Assembly (NCBI GenBank): GCA_002269645.1
Contig: NIVC01000568.1
Location: 1-64,000, forward strand
Origin: Macrostomum lignano
Lineage: Eukaryota
Direction of reading: 5' to 3'
DNA length: 64,000 nucleotides
The position numbers were made by a program, and so were the translations under genes. The notes under the pieces were generated by a model. The model made no database searches. It saw nothing but the letters and a program-made list of their open reading frames with translations, and was not told the origin of the DNA. Below are positions 11,281-25,554 of this stretch, in pieces (positions within the stretch are counted from its first letter, which is position 1; the number at the start of each line of letters is the position of its first letter).

Positions 11281-12490
11281 CTGCGCAGGTAAGGTATGAG
11301 GGCAACAATCAGCTTGCTTGCAAAAGAAATCAAACAGATACACATAGCGACACGATTCCTGATTTTCTGATGCAGTCGAAATGCAACGAAGACCTTTATA
11401 AATATATCAATGCTGCTACAGAGAAAAGTACATTTTCAGTTAACCTTACTTTCACACCGTGTCCAGATCCCATCGCTGGGGCTAAAATTTTATTAGCAGA
11501 ATCGAAAGGCGTAAAAAAGCGAAGCAATTTCGCGTCTCCAGGAGAAATTGCGAAATCGGGATTCCGCGCAGTGATCGAAAATGAAGTTTTGCAACTTCCC
11601 ACCAGATAAGAGAGAGAGACAGAGACAGAGTCGAAACTAAAGCGCTATTCACAGGTATTTTGAGACATTTGTCAAGGTGAGAGAGGCGAAAGGTTGTTCT
11701 CTCTGTCCCTCTGTCTCTCTGGATCTCTCTCTCGGCTCTTCTGGGAATTACACTATTAAACCCAAAACGATTTCGTTAAGGTTAATAGCCAGGAAAATGC
11801 CAAGAAGGCCATAGATCCCTTTCCCGCCAAACATCCCAGTGCCGTCCTTCCCTGACCCCGTCCGTCCTCCATCCCCAGCCTCTCTCCCCCAATTTCTCCC
11901 CCCTAAAAGCTTCGATTTTTTATCGCGCAAGCAACCCACTGTGCACCATTCGTCTGAGCTATGCTTTCATTCTACTTTGAGTAGACGCTAAGAAATATTC
12001 GCAGAGAAATTTACGCAGCAAACCAAACCAAATTCAGTTAAGATGCTTAGTTTCTTTGCAAAATGTTTTTGAACGAGAACAACTAACAGAACTGATAGGA
12101 TTCACGTGCACGGTAATTATCTATTAGATAAATATCACTACATTATAATAATCAGCCGATAGAAAATTTTACCCAGGGCATCGGGTGTGGGCATAAAACC
12201 AAGGGCTAAAAGAACTATTGAGCTAGTGAAGTTTTATAAACAGAACCAAACGCAACCAATTAAAGGCTTTGATTTGGCAAGAGAGGGATGAAGGGTTGAG
12301 AGCAGCAAACAAGGCCCAATTTCAAGACTTTTCCTTGTGTTTATGCTCTGAAAATTGAGTAGGTCGCGCACAAACAAATTGCCTAATACGGATGTTGAGT
12401 CCGTTCGCTCAAACGTCAAAAGGGCGGCGATTAATTCTCTCTCTTCTGCCTCCTAAGGTTTTCAACAGCTCCGCGGGGAAACAAGCTTAC

Positions 12491-12526
12491 GGCTTTCGCG
12501 TCCCTGCCAGTCTCGTCCTGGACCAT
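12491..12526 (-). CDS. ank: Ankyrin, probable first coding exon (MVQDETGRDAKA)
   Basis: cgcgccATGG start context; GTAAGC donor; phase 0 joins the next exon in frame. Confidence 0.6.
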
Positions 12527-13989
12527 GGCGCGGATACGGTTAGGGCTCGGGCAGGTCTTTAGTTGTTGGTGCTTTCAACTGACGGTATCGAATGGAATCT
12601 ATGCGGCGCTGAGACAAGTGGCACCTTGACTGAGGCTAGCTGTCTCTGCTATATTATTGAACTCTTCCTGTTCCGAGTGTGCGCCGTCTTTTCTAAGCGT
12701 TGACGGCCTTCTCTTGTGAGTAAAACGGGAGTTAGGAGGGCTGTTGGTTGGCTTCGGCAGAGCCGCTGCTGCGCGAGGGGACTGGGATGGTGGGGATGAC
12801 CGAAATGCGGTGAGGGGTTGGGTGGGTGGGGGGGGGACACGGAGAAGGAAAGACAGTCCGCCCTGTGCGCAGATCCGCGTCTCTCTTCTATTCCTAGTTT
12901 TCCCAAGCTGGGGGATCGGCGATGATCTTCCCTCCCTCGGGGGGGGGGGGTAGGCAGGGACGGGAAGAGAGAGAGTGGGGATGAGGGGACGCGCGGGACT
13001 TGGTCAGGACAAGGGGATGCGGGAATGAGGATTATCTGGTATGGGGGGAGTCGCCCTTTCCTATCCCGCACCGCCCGATCTAAAAAGAGAGAAGAGGGAG
13101 AAGAGGGTTGGGGCTGTTCTCTCAGCAGCCCAGCCTGCAGTCAGGAGCGGCCAGGCAAGGGCTGCGGAATGAGACGAAAAAATTGCCTAAAAATACTCCC
13201 CCACTCCCAGCTTCCCTGCCCCAGCGATGAAGCTGAGGGATGCTGAAGTATATGGGAGAATCGGCCATGCAGCTTAGACCCGCCCCTGAGCGCCCCCCTT
13301 TGATTTGACTTGATATGGAGGGCGCACAGGGGGGGTCTCGATTCTGCCCGCCATGGAGGCTAGGGCAATGATTGAACAGAATTCTCCCAAATGATATTTA
13401 TCCCTAAGTAAGCCAGCGCAGCAACTCTGTGCTGCAATACAGTCTAAATAATAGTTCCCTAAGCAGAATACTCAGCATCCCGAGCTGCATCACCTGTGCA
13501 TCAACAGTTGGTCAGTGGGGACCAAGGAGATTTTAGTTCACTACGACCCATATAAGTTATAAATCTCTGCATATAAATACTTTTACTTCCATTTTTTCTT
13601 GGTGTCTTCTTTCTATGCTTGAAGCGTACGTGGCAGCCCATAAGGAATGCAGCACAATGTGCAGCCTCACCTACATCCCATTCAAGAAGGATGGAACTCG
13701 GTGGTGGCTGAAGGCACTTCGTCACCGAGGGGTGGGTGCGTGGTGGGGGGGGGGTTACCGCAGGGAGACCCGAGTGCGTGCGTCATGCTGATAGCCAGAT
13801 AAGTCAATGTTTGAAAGTCCGCTGGGAGCAGAGGATGAGGGAGAGAGGCTGTTTGTACGGCGCATTCCAAAGTGGCGCATTTTTCACCGCTTAAGGCTGT
13901 GCTGCCCTGGTTTCTTGAACTGTGCGAAAGACTTGGGTGTAGGGCTGGGGTATAGTGTAGCACCACTGATGTGTAAGTGTGTTGAGATT

Positions 13990-14430
13990 AGAGATTTAGA
14001 TTCGGGGATGAGAAGTGAGATTCAGGTGTGATAATGCTGTGAGCATACAGATTCAGGTGTGAAAATGGTGCAGCATAGAGATTCCGGTGTGAGAATGGTG
14101 TAGCATAGAGATTCCGGTATGAGAATGGTGTAGCATAGAGATTCAGGTGTGAGAATGTGTGAACATAGAGATTCAGGCGTGATAATGCTGTGAGCATAGA
14201 GATTCAGGTGTGATAATGCTGTGAGCATAGAGATTCAGGTGTGAGAATGGTGTAGCATAGAGATTCCGGTGTGAGAATGGTGTAGCATAGAGATTCAGGT
14301 GTGATAATGCTGTGAGCATAGAGATTCAGGTGTGATAATGCTGTGAGCATAGAGATTCAGGTGTGAGAATGGTGTAGCATAGAGATTCCGGTGTGAGAAT
14401 GCTGTGAGCACAGAGATTCCGGTGTGAGAA
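13990..14430. repeat. 30-bp minisatellite (gcatagagattcaggtgtgagaatggtgta)
   Basis: Tandem array. Confidence 0.9.
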
Positions 14431-15289
14431 ATTTCAGTTCTAACTAGAAAAATGACTTTGCTGCAACTGTCTGTCATGTACTGTTTGGTTCAGCGAACCG
14501 ATGTCACTTTGATATATGTAACATATCGGCAGTAGCCATGGTTCTTAAGCCTTCGGCACTGGCACAACTCCATACGGATCTTACCGCTGCAGAAGACATT
14601 CTTCCAGGTCGTTCCGTGGCCAAGTCGGTCTTAGCTTTCCCCGCGTCGATTTTGTTGATGGGCTAAACTCGCTGGGATGGAATTTATGTGATAGATTGGT
14701 CCAGAAAGCGCCGAGAGGGAAGATAAGAGTCAGTGGGAGTGGGGTGGGTGGTGCGCCGGAGTTTTCGAAAGCCTCAGAGTCGGACTATTTGATTTAATTA
14801 TCAGGAGGGACGATCAGGGTCTCAGTGGCTAGTTCTCGCCGATTCTGAGGAACCGTTCTCTCTCTCTCTCTCTCTCTCTCTGTTTATAGCCAGCTAAGCT
14901 CGACTCTCTCTATAAAAATGAATCGCAGGTGGGTCGAGGGAGCAACAGGAAGAGAGAGGTGGCACCGAGCCCGACTCTGCAGGTCCGCGCAAGTGCGCAG
15001 TCAGTCTCTTGGTATTATATGCCACGAATTATACGAGAGCGGCCTGCGGTGAGGGAGGAACCCGCTCTCTTTCCCTCTCTCTCCCAGTCTGGCTCAGTGG
15101 AAGGAGGAACTGGGAGGGCAGTCAGACAGAATTAGGCTACGGGGGGGGGTCTATATAATACAGTAGGTACACTTCGCACCATCGAACGTACTACCGTTTG
15201 GTGGGGGGTATTACGCACGCGCACACACACGCACAAAACGCACAAGGCGCCGACCAACCAACCCAGGTCGTACGTCTATAGTGAAACTC

Positions 15290-15329
<40 letters not shown>

Positions 15330-16066
15330 CAATTCCCATTGACTCAGTCCACGGGAGAGAGTAAGTTGGGAGAGAGAGCCTATGACTCATGCAGTTCTTG
15401 GCTATTTTTGCCTCGTATATACGCTCGTAATGCCCGGTCTGCCTCCCTCCGGGTGGGACCTTGACCCGCTGTCTCCCGAATCTCCACATCGAGGGTTTGA
15501 TGCCGCTGCCCCGCTGGCCACTTCTTATATCTAGAGAAATTTTGCTGGGGCGGCAGCTGCGGGCCTCAAGCTACGATATTGGGATCTTTCCCACAGGATC
15601 AATAACAAAGGAGAGGATTTGGGAGGGGGGGTTGCTAAGGCCCTTTAAACAACCTGTCTCCAGCATGTTGAAGATTTGAAGACAACAGGTTAAACAACTG
15701 CTCTTAGTGGGTGGTCATGTCAATGACCATTTGGAGTAGAGGCGGTCATGCTAATGACCATTTGGAGTAGAGAGGCGGTCATGCCAATGACCAAGTTTAA
15801 CACAAGCAATCCTTCACGTGTCTCGTCTTGACCAAAGAAGAAAAATTACCCATTTTTTTACCCATTTGAGGTTGCAAACCTATGAAATTTTATGGTTGAT
15901 TAATGCGCAGATTTTCAATGGGAGGGCAACTGCTACAAGTCCTTCAGACTCTTTATGAAAAAGTCTGCACAAACATGAAGTTTGGTTCCGAACTAAGAAA
16001 GACTTGAGAACACACGACGCTATTCGTGAACTTCGTTTATAATTAGAAGTCCGAGCTTCGTGAATC

Positions 16067-16346
16067 CAAGGACCCCTGTAGTATAACAGGGCGCAAAACT
16101 CAAAGATCGTGTCGTTTTTGGAGGCCTATTTCAGGGGAAAAAATACACTGCAGAGATAGGGAGAAATCTTTTTTAGACAAACAAAACACAAATTTGCTCT
16201 AATGCCACTTGTGAGTATTTACAACTTTGGCCTCATAAAATAAAAAGAAAATAAGATCTCCGCGGTGTATTCTTTCCAGCAAATCGGCCTCCAAAAATTT
16301 CACGATCTTTGAGTTTAACAACGTCCTGTTACTACAGTGGTCCTTG
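16067..16346. mobile_element. MITE-like foldback, same caaggac terminus as 33017
   Basis: caaggac..aactcaaagatcgtg..tttttggaggcc is mirrored at the right end. Confidence 0.72.
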
Positions 16347-17424
16347 AGTAAAGCGCAATCACACTCGCCAAATTTAAAGAAAACGTTTTGAAGAAAGTGC
16401 AGATTTAGTTGCCAAGCTGAAAGGGATCAAACCATTGCCTGAGGGGATTTTGTCCTCTAGGAGACGGGGTCTGTCGGATGTTGGCTTATCTGGTCTGTTG
16501 GCCTCTGCAAAAGTGCAGGAGATTTTCAGGCCCAAGGGAAGCGAGAATCAGGAAAACCAACGACTGCATAGCAACAGTTGGAACAGAAATAATATTTGAG
16601 GTAATATTTTTAGTTTTCACAGATACAGCGGCTTTGAGGCTTACATGGCGCTAACTTTTCTATCGAATAGAATTGCTTTTTCACCTCAGCAATGGCGATC
16701 TCGAAACTTGGTCTTGGGGAAATGATATTCCGCTGAAAAATGCTGTACCTGTTTTGCTTCTAAAGACAACGGGTGGAGACAAGATCTGCATGGCTGAGAG
16801 CGAACGCCCTCGGCGATATGGTCCCACCACCACTCTTTTGCTGCTCTAGCCATTTAGCTGGCCAGCAAGGTGCTTGTAACAGAGCGTCTTAATGGTTGGG
16901 AAATGTCATAGAAGCAATTAATTTACTCTTACTTTTTACTATTCTTAACTGCGCACGCTGAGAGGGTGCTGATTTTAGATATTTTACTTCGTGTAATATT
17001 ATTTTAGGTTAATTAATTATTGCTGCAAAGACTAAATAGAGAAAAAACAAATTAATAAAAAATAATTTGTGTCTGCCTTCTGTCTGCCTTCTTAGGTCAT
17101 TTGGTAAAATACTTTATCCCCTGTTCAAATTGATCACGGGCAGCACTATAAGATCTCCAACTGCACTTAAACAGGAACTGAGCTTTAATTTACAGCCCCT
17201 CATGGTACTTTGGACAGGTCCTGTTCTCGCAAGGGATCCTTGGTCTCGCAGTCCTCATTGCTTCGCAGTCCAGTTTATTGGCTTGCTAAACTAAACTGTG
17301 ACAGGGTTGAATTCTGGATTGGAAATTTCTAGGACACTACTTTTCAGTTGAGTAGTATTGATACCATTTGAAGCAGCAGTAAAAAGGACGCTACTCGCCT
17401 ATGCTGACAGTTTCGCATTATTTG

Positions 17425-18145
17425 ACTATTCCAAGGGCGTCGCCATGGATTTTATGGTTGGGGGGACAAAGCCAAGAATTCTACATGTAACACATGTACA
17501 TTATTTTGAGAATCAGTGTTGTCAGCGCTCATATTGGTGCCGCAGGCACTCATTTTAGCGCTGCAGGCACTCATTTTAGCGCTGCAGGCACTCATTTTAG
17601 CGCCATAGGCACTCATTTTAGCGCCGCAGGCACTCATTTTAGCGCCGCAGGCACTCATTTTAGCGCTGCAGGCACTCATTTTAGCGCCATAGGCACTCAT
17701 TTTAGCGCCACAGGCACTCATTTTAGCGCCACAGGCACTCATTTTAGCGCCACAGGCACTCATTTTAGCGCCGCAGGCACTCATTTTAGCGCCATAGGCA
17801 CTCATTTTACCGCCACAGGCACTCATTTTAGCGCCACAGGCACTCATTTTAGCGCCACAGGCACTCATTTTAGCGCCACATGCACTCATTTTGGCGCCGC
17901 AGGCACTCATTTTAGCGCCGCAGGCACTCATTTTAGCGCCGCAGGCACTCATTTTAGCGCCGCAGGCACTCATTTTAGCGCCTCAGGCATTCATTTTAGC
18001 GCTGCAGGCACTCATTTTAGCGCCGCAGGCACTCATTTTAGCGCTGCAGGCACTCATTTTAGCGCCGCAGGCACTCATTTTAGCGCTGCAGGCACTCATT
18101 TTAGCGCCACAGGTACTCATTTTAGCGCCACAGGCACTCATTTTT
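17425..18145 (-). mobile_element. Dispersed element with a 21-bp satellite core, about 30 units
   Basis: gcaggcactcattttagcgcc array; flank is the reverse complement of 2360-2475. Confidence 0.75.
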
Positions 18146-19369
18146 GAAGCAAAAGTTATTCATGGACCAAACAGCAATCAGAAGTATGCAGTTTTATAGG
18201 AACAGTCTTTAATTGATAATGAACTGTCTACTCGGTGAGTAGTCTGTCCAGCGCATGCATTTACGGCATTGTTTCTTTGAGGAAAAACTAGCTATCTAGT
18301 CTACTTGCACCTTGAAGTTGTCCTTTTTTAAGCAACACATTCGGTTTTTTCGTCGGAAATATTAATAGAACCGTCCAGCCGGTGTCTCGGGGCAGGCCGC
18401 CATTGTTCTCTTACTTGCGTGTCCACTGCATGGAATATTAATTAGTTTCATAGAGTCTTGTACGCAGCTTCACAACGCCATATTGGGCTAAGACTTGAAC
18501 TGTATAATTCTACGAGTATTTTTCATTGTTCTGGAAGAGCTGCTAGGGGGTTCTAAATATCTGCATCACCCTAAGGCGGTTAGTAACTCTGTCCCCGAGG
18601 CTGAGTGGCGGAGAGAGAGCGTGAGAGTTTGCATGCTGGCGCCAGGAGGCAGATATGCTCAGACAGCTGTATTTTACTCTGCTTGCCAGCAACAGTCGAA
18701 CCCCTCAGATTACTCATGGTGTTGTTCGCCTTCACTTTGAGGCTGGAATACAGTGGCGGCGTGTGATGCAGCCCAAGTTTGTTATGCTAGCCCAGGTCTT
18801 TAGGAAACTCGACGACAGTATGGGAGAGACTTGTTGCTTGTTGCTTGAGAATCGGAAGCCAGACGGGGCGGTGAGCTCATGCTGCTCATATTACTATATT
18901 CGTACACTGGCCTCAGGGCATTTGATAGCTAAGACAGCATAAACTGCATGGGAAGTGCGTTGGGTCAGCACAGGGCAAATGTTTGCATTGATGTCTGCGG
19001 TATTTAAAGTTAGGCATACTTGTAGTTAGTATGCTGCTATTATTTGTTTATATAGGAATTTTCTAGAAAATTTTAAGCACAAAGTATTTTTTTGAGTCGT
19101 CAATTTTTCGAAATTTTTTCCCGAAGACACTTTAGTGTCTGTTTTATAGACTATCCTAGGGATTTCTTACTCAAGTAGAAGGTCTACTCAAGTAGAAGGA
19201 CGGACGGAAGCCGTTTCTTGGGAAAAAAAATCGTTTTTTCGAAAATTTTCATTTTTTCAGCATAAAATTGTTTTTGCTTTTGATTGAAGACAGACCCAAT
19301 GTTCAACCTTGATATGTCTTGCCATTTTTATAAACCCGAAAGTGCTGGCAACGCCTAACGCTATTTTGG

Positions 19370-19582
19370 TTTTCGGGGTAATGATATTTCGGGTTTGTGA
19401 TATTTCAGGTTTGTGATATTTCGGGTTTGTGATATTTCGGGTTTTGTGATATTTCGGGTTTGTGATATTTCTGGTTTTGTGATATTTCTGGTTTTGTGAT
19501 ATTTCTGGTTTTGTGATATTTCTGGTTTTGTGATATTTCGGGTTTTGTGATATTTCGGGTTTTGTGATATTTCGGGTTTATG
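19370..19582. repeat. 19-20-bp minisatellite (gtgatatttcgggtttt)
   Basis: Tandem array. Confidence 0.88.
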
Positions 19583-21171
19583 ATGGCAACCCACTCAAGT
19601 TGGAATTTCCGCTTGGAAAAGGATGGTTGCCGCTCTATAATGATTTTTTAATGAAAAAATTTCATCTCTATCCGGCCCTAGGGCCCTTTGAAACTTCAAA
19701 ATAGTAAACCCGTCCTTTCAAGGTCTCTTCTCAACTCTTTTAGATCCTTTCTCCCCTCTTTTTTCTAATCTCTCTCTCTCTCTCTCTCTCGATCGTCTCT
19801 CCCCATTCTCTCTCCTCTCCTCTCTCATCTCTTCTCTCCTTTCATCTCTCATCATATAACTCTTCTCTTCTCCTCTCTCTTCTTTCCTCTCTCATATCTT
19901 CTATCATCCTATATATCATCTCATCTCTTCTCTCATCTCATCTCTTGCTTTTCCTCTCATCTCTCTTCTCTCATGTCCTCTTTCCTGTTCTTCTCCTCTC
20001 TATTCACTCTCCTCTCCACGGTCTGGTCCGCAATCATTAGCTGCATGGGTTCTTTACCTGGCTCTTAAGGTAAAAAAAGGTTGTTGACCCTTGAATTAAG
20101 GTAATAAATAGAATATTATCAATAAATAACGATAGCTTTTTACGGAAGATTTAGTTATGATGGTTGAAACACCTAGAAATTTAAAGTAAGAAAAAGCCAA
20201 TCTTACCTTTTGGGGTTCCGATGCGGTATCGGAATGTTCTCTTGTGATGGTCATCTGAAATATTTGTTTCTTGACCAACGGATATTAAAAATGTCAAAAG
20301 CTAATTCATCGCCACCAGCAGAAAGGGAGAGAGAGGTACAAAAAACTGCAGCCCGAGAAATGCGAACTAAAATTAAATTGCGCGGAAAAATATGTTCGCG
20401 TTTATAATAACGCAACACCGGAGAATTTGGAATTTAAACAAAATATAGCTATATACAGTGGTCCTTGTGTTATATCGATTGAAACCTGCTTGCTTTTAGT
20501 TAGAAGTATATTTATTAAAATATCGTCGCAGAAAAGAAATTATATCGTTATAAAATATTTTTACAACATCTTGCACACAGAAATTTATAAAGAATCACAG
20601 AGACACTAATCTTTCTATTTACAAAAAAGCTACAGCAATAAAAACAACTGAAGGTAATAGTTTAAATAAAGTTATTTTCAGTGCAATACTGATACGAATT
20701 TCTTGTGCTCTCGGATTTAAAAGAAAAATGACATTAGCGAGAGTACATTATACGATATTTAATGTACTGTGATGAAAATACCAAATCACTGTAGTTAAAC
20801 CAAGGACTTCTGTTAAACAGATTTAGCACATATAATTAATAAGACATACAAACACAATAACATAGCTGTAGCTGTTTACATTTCGGGACAACGCATCCAA
20901 TAGTTTATCATATTTATTTATGAATTCAGAAATTTATGAGTCAACAATCAATCAGAACGAGGGCATGCGTAAAATTATGCATAAACGTCTCAAAGTCAGG
21001 TCTCTGGAATGAATTGGATCTTTCTATTAAAGAGAAAGCAATTAAAGTTAAATTTAAGAAAGAAACATAATAATAAACGACCTTCTTTGTAGATCCTGTC
21101 TGAGTAGAACGTGATGAAATGACCACATGAAATTTTATCGGCCTAACGAGTTTATGATATGAATTAATTCC

Positions 21172-21602
21172 CTAATCTGACAGTCACAGATACTAAAATA
21201 GCTAGATGGGCCACTCAGGCATATATACTTAGTAAAACAGCTTTCTACTTTCAGTTCAGTAGCAAAGAAGAATGCATAAGCTATTTTATAAGAATAAAAA
21301 GGCAGCTGAAATGACCCTGATAAGTTTAGAAGCCCAAGCTTGCAGGCGTAAACAGCTTGCTAATTGATTCAGCAATAATGTACATTAGCCAATCCACTGG
21401 AATGTACATGGTAGCCTTAGGCTGGAACTCCGAAAAAGGCAATAAAATTGGTGGGAGTAAGAGCCAATTAATAAGACTTGGCTTTAAAAATACATTAAGA
21501 TGCTTCAGTTTAACTTACTACTGAACTGAAAGTAGCTTACACGCAAATGTGCTGAGTGGCCCATCTGGTTATTCTATAGTATCTGTGGTACAGTCAGATT
21601 AG
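21172..21602. mobile_element. MITE-like element with roughly 90-bp imperfect terminal inverted repeats
   Basis: ctaatctga..cacagatact..gatgggccactca..ctactttcagttcagtag is mirrored at the right end. Confidence 0.7.
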
Positions 21603-21698
21603 AGCAACTTGGTAGCTAGCATATCGACAATACATGTGATTTTTTTCAATTAAATGACTGCAGCTAATGCCCATGCTGCTCAATACTAGACTCAAATC

Positions 21699-21994
21699 CT
21701 ACAATGCGGTCTCACGCACGTTCGGATTGGCGAACACCTCGTCTGGATAGCCGATCGAGTACGGATCGAATCCGTCATCCGCGGCCGCGGCCGCATACGA
21801 GGCAGTCACTGCAGCCGCTGCTGTCTCGGTTGAAGGTATCAGCGGCTCTTGTTCGCAACTGTCGTCCTGGAGCTGCTGCTGCTGCTGCTGCTGGTGCACA
21901 TCCGCTGACAATTGGTCCGGAGGCTGCGATGCCGGCTGCTCCTGCTGCTGCTGCTGAGATTTCGGCCGGCCGGCAATGAGAAAAGCAATTCCGG
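21699..21994 (-). CDS. mGluR: mGluR probable exon 7 (Q/A-rich tail ending RETAL*)
   Basis: ctaaac...gcag acceptor; phase 1 matches the exon 6 donor; spliced CDS is 3120 nt, 1039 aa. Confidence 0.6.
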
Positions 21995-22325
21995 CTGCGG
22001 GTTTAGGCGGAAATTTCCTTATTTTGGATGTAAATTCTTAGTTTAATATCGCTGTGGGAAACCGAATTTCTATAGCTTGCAGAGTCGAAAGATGACTTAT
22101 CTGTAAATATCTGCATTAGCACTCGAGCTCCACTTCACCCCGAGCCAAAATCAAGCATTTGGACACATTCAGTCTATGCGAGGATGATTCAAGTCCTGTT
22201 GATGTTTTCACAAGCATCCACCCACGCATCTGCGTGTCTCCACGCACAACAGCAATGCACCAGTTGACTGAAAAGGTACGCTTAAGGGTGCTCATAAGGC
22301 CTTTTAACACTGCTGGAGTCCTCAC

Positions 22326-22716
22326 CGAAGTCTGGGCCTCGCAAACCGCCAGTGGATTTTTTCCTCTCCCCCGACTGCGGCGCCTCTGAACAGCAGCGGG
22401 ACTCCGCAGCGACCTCCACTGCCGCTGACTCAGCCGCTGCCGACGCCGACGCCGCAGCCGCCGCAGCCGGCTTTGAATGTCCAGCTGCCTCGAGCTTGGC
22501 GCACTTGCCGCCTGTTCCAGCGTCGCACTCGTGCGACTTCTTCGTTGACAAGAACAGCTGGCGTCGCTGACCACCCCCGGCGTCCGAGGAGTTTGCCGCC
22601 CGTCTGACATTCTTGTGCGGCTTGAACAGCACGATGTAGACCTTGGGCGCGAACATGCAGCCCAGCGTGACGGCCGCGCTGATGCTGATGCACATGCACA
22701 GGGAGGTCAGCTTGAT
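22326..22716 (-). CDS. mGluR: mGluR exon 6 (TM7 FAPKVYIVLF and C-tail)
   Basis: gcag acceptor; TM7 motif; GTGAGG donor at 22325, or read-through to the stop at 22282. Confidence 0.85.
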
Positions 22717-22860
22717 CTGCGAATCAAATTGCTGACTTGATTACTCTAGGAAATTAGGAATGAAGCGTCAGTGTCTTCTCATCAATAAGGTAGATCAAGC
22801 GCGGGTAGATCAAGAGGAGAGGTTTGATCAAATCTGAAGCCAAAAAAGCGCTTCACTTAC

Positions 22861-24149
22861 CCGAAAATTCCTCAGAGAGCCGAAGTATATTGCAATAAAG
22901 GCCAGCCACACGATGCAGGTGGAGTACATGGTGAATGCTATGTACTTCGCCTCGTTGAAGTTCTCCGGAATGTTTCTAGTCTTGAATGCGTACAGGGTGC
23001 ACAGGACAATAAGAATCATGTTGTACAGCAGAGAGACAACGATAGCCACGTCATCAACAGCGCAGCGCAGCACTTTGTGATCTCTGTCGGGATAGTCAAA
23101 CTTGGTTTTCGGCAGGTCCATGCCTAGCCAAGTCATGTCGCCGATGACTTGCACAGACACAAGGCAGCAGCAGAGCACCAACTGGGATTTTGGGCTGGTG
23201 TACGAGGGCTTCTTCATCAGCGATTTTATTCCACGATTGAAAATTCGACTGAGCCGATTGGTCTTGGTGAAGATTGCTGAGTAGATTATGCTCAAACTGA
23301 GACCGTTGAAGATTCTAAAAAACCCGCAGGTGACAGGACTTGGCGGCGCCAGCATGATGAAGGTCATGCAGTAAGACAGCAGGATTCCAGCCAGCATCAC
23401 GTAGCAGAGCTCTCGTCCGGAGGCTCGAATAAGCGGTGTCTGATTGTACTTCACAAATACGAATAGCACGAAAGCGGTGCAGAGCAGGCCCAGGAAGCTG
23501 AAGGACATCGGCAACAGGGCCCATACACTGTTCAGTTGGATTGTCTCAATTGGCAGTGGCTCGCATGAGTTGAAGTACCGGTTCGGAATGCTTCCAAGTG
23601 GACAGTCGGAGCAGGTGGTGGAGTTGAGAACGATTTGGTACTTGCTATCGCAACTGACGCACTCCCAGCAGCAAGCGGCAGCCTCTTTGTTGGGCGCCAC
23701 CGTTCTCTTGCCATAATCGCAAGGCTCCGAGCAGACGGAGCGAGGTGTCTCTTCACCCGGCGTGCCCCAGCGCAAGCTGCTATTGTCCAACTCCAAACGG
23801 TCGTCCCCCCAGGTGCCGATTTTGTAGTAGCGGAAGGACTGATTTCCGCCCGACTCCGCAGAGTTGACTCGCTGCAGCTGGAAGATCTCGTAGAGGGACT
23901 CGCGATCGCCGTGACGATTGAAGCGCACAAGGTTGCCGGAGGTTCCATTGAAGCTAATGTTGCGGATTAGATCGCGAAGCTGAGTGCCATTCAGCTTGCG
24001 ATCGCCCGTCACCTTTCGACAGGCAGATGGGGGTCCATTGCCGCAGAGCAGCCGGTGCAGGGAGTGGGCCATGGCGTAGACTGCGTCCACCACCATGGGC
24101 ACGAGACCCTCCTGCTCGTACTTGGCGGTTACGCCGATTCTCTCGTCTC
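22861..24149 (-). CDS. mGluR: mGluR exon 5 (end of flytrap, cysteine-rich domain, TM1-TM6)
   Basis: VDAVYAMAH, SVCSEPC, CCWEC, RASGRELCY, KTNR, NFNEAKYIAFTMYSTCIVWLAF; 1289 nt, phase 1-0. Confidence 0.97.
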
Positions 24150-24260
24150 CTGGACGGGATTGTGTAAGTGGACGTTTGGATTCAATTAACAGTAGAACCT
24201 GAAAGCTGGCAAGATTGCATATAAATGATGTTCTTGATCAATAAAATTATCATCCTAAAA

Positions 24261-24482
24261 GTCACCTGTATTGGTTCGTTACTCTCGACCACGTAAAGAT
24301 ATTGCACTGAAACCTCACACAAACTTGATAGCATAACATATTTCAGCTAAAAACACCGATCACCGTGAGCACAGTTGCATAATTTCGAAGGCACTTATGC
24401 AGCGACTGTCTGTTTAATGTTTTTGTGAGTTTTCAGTGCAATAACAATACCTGGTCGAGAGTTACAAACAAATACAGATTAC
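24261..24482. mobile_element. Small MITE-like inverted-repeat element
   Basis: actctcgacc..attgcactgaaa is mirrored by tttcagtgcaat..ggtcgagagt. Confidence 0.6.
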
Positions 24483-25189
24483 TTTTGGGATGACCTTCGT
24501 ACACAGAGAGTAATTAGAAAATTCTCTTCCATGTTCACTAGTTATTAGACACGATGAAATTTCATCGGTTAGAGCTAGACTGGAAGATGATTAGGTTGCT
24601 CTCTGTCGAAGTCAGTGCCTGTCAGCTGAGCTTTGGTGACAGGTTACAATAGATTAATGTCAAGCCGTTGAAAGGATGGTAGTGGTTGCTCCAGTTGGTT
24701 GCTTGGAGACGCTCGAGTTCCTAATCTGCAGACTTCTTGCAGAATCCTTTCCCGCTAGAGAAATCCGCATTCGAATCGGGTTGCTGGGCCGTCCCATCCT
24801 CCGCCAGCGTCACGCAGTCTGGCGGAAGACTAAGGCGAATTTGGGTGGCGCAAGTTGCGTGTAAATTAATCCCCCTAAACCATTCCCTCGCGTCTCTTTC
24901 CCCGCAATCCCAATTTTCATCCCCAGAATCGCGTTTTTTCCCTCCTGCTCCGACTGATCCCACCCGACCGAACCAGCGAAGCTCTTCTTTCTCTCACGAA
25001 GTCTCCACATCGTTTCCAACTCGTCAGTTAGGGAAGAGGATTAGCAAAAGGGATTAGATTGCCGGTGTGAAAGAGATAGAGATGAAAATGATTAGCAAAG
25101 CGGCTGTTCTAATGTTTCAGAATTCACCGAAACAATCATCCGGATGAAGGCAGCTGAAGAGATGCTCAGCAAAAGAAGATTTCACCTAC

Positions 25190-25354
25190 CCGTGCAGCTC
25201 TTCAGGCTTTTATCGAAGTTACGCCTGACGCCTCCGCCTTCGCCTGTGCTGTGGTCCAGCTTGCAGTGGAACTGGCTCTGCCAGAACTCTCGCCACCACG
25301 GATTCACCTTGGCGTGCTCCTCCAGCTTCAGGCTGGTGAAGTAGTTGTCAAAGT
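25190..25354 (-). CDS. mGluR: mGluR exon 4 (DFDNYFTSL...NPWWREFWQSQFHC...CTG)
   Basis: NPWxxEFW motif; cag acceptor and GTAGGT donor; phase 1-1. Confidence 0.92.
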
Positions 25355-25554
25355 CTGCGAGCAGTGTTGCCAATGTCAGCTTAAATAATGCAAATTGGTG
25401 CACGAACAGTTTTAATAAGTTATTTTTGGTCTGTTCTCTACCACTTAGTAAGAGTTCCCGATGAAAACCGGTACAAATTACGTCGAACTCTGCAACTGCT
25501 ATCCTCATTGTACTATTTTTAAGTGGACTACTTAAGTAGAACGCCACATGTACA

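Noticed and set aside
14860-15400. TATA-like motifs and GA tracts suggesting another promoter or gene
   Set aside because: No associated ORF or exon chain; the motifs are too common.
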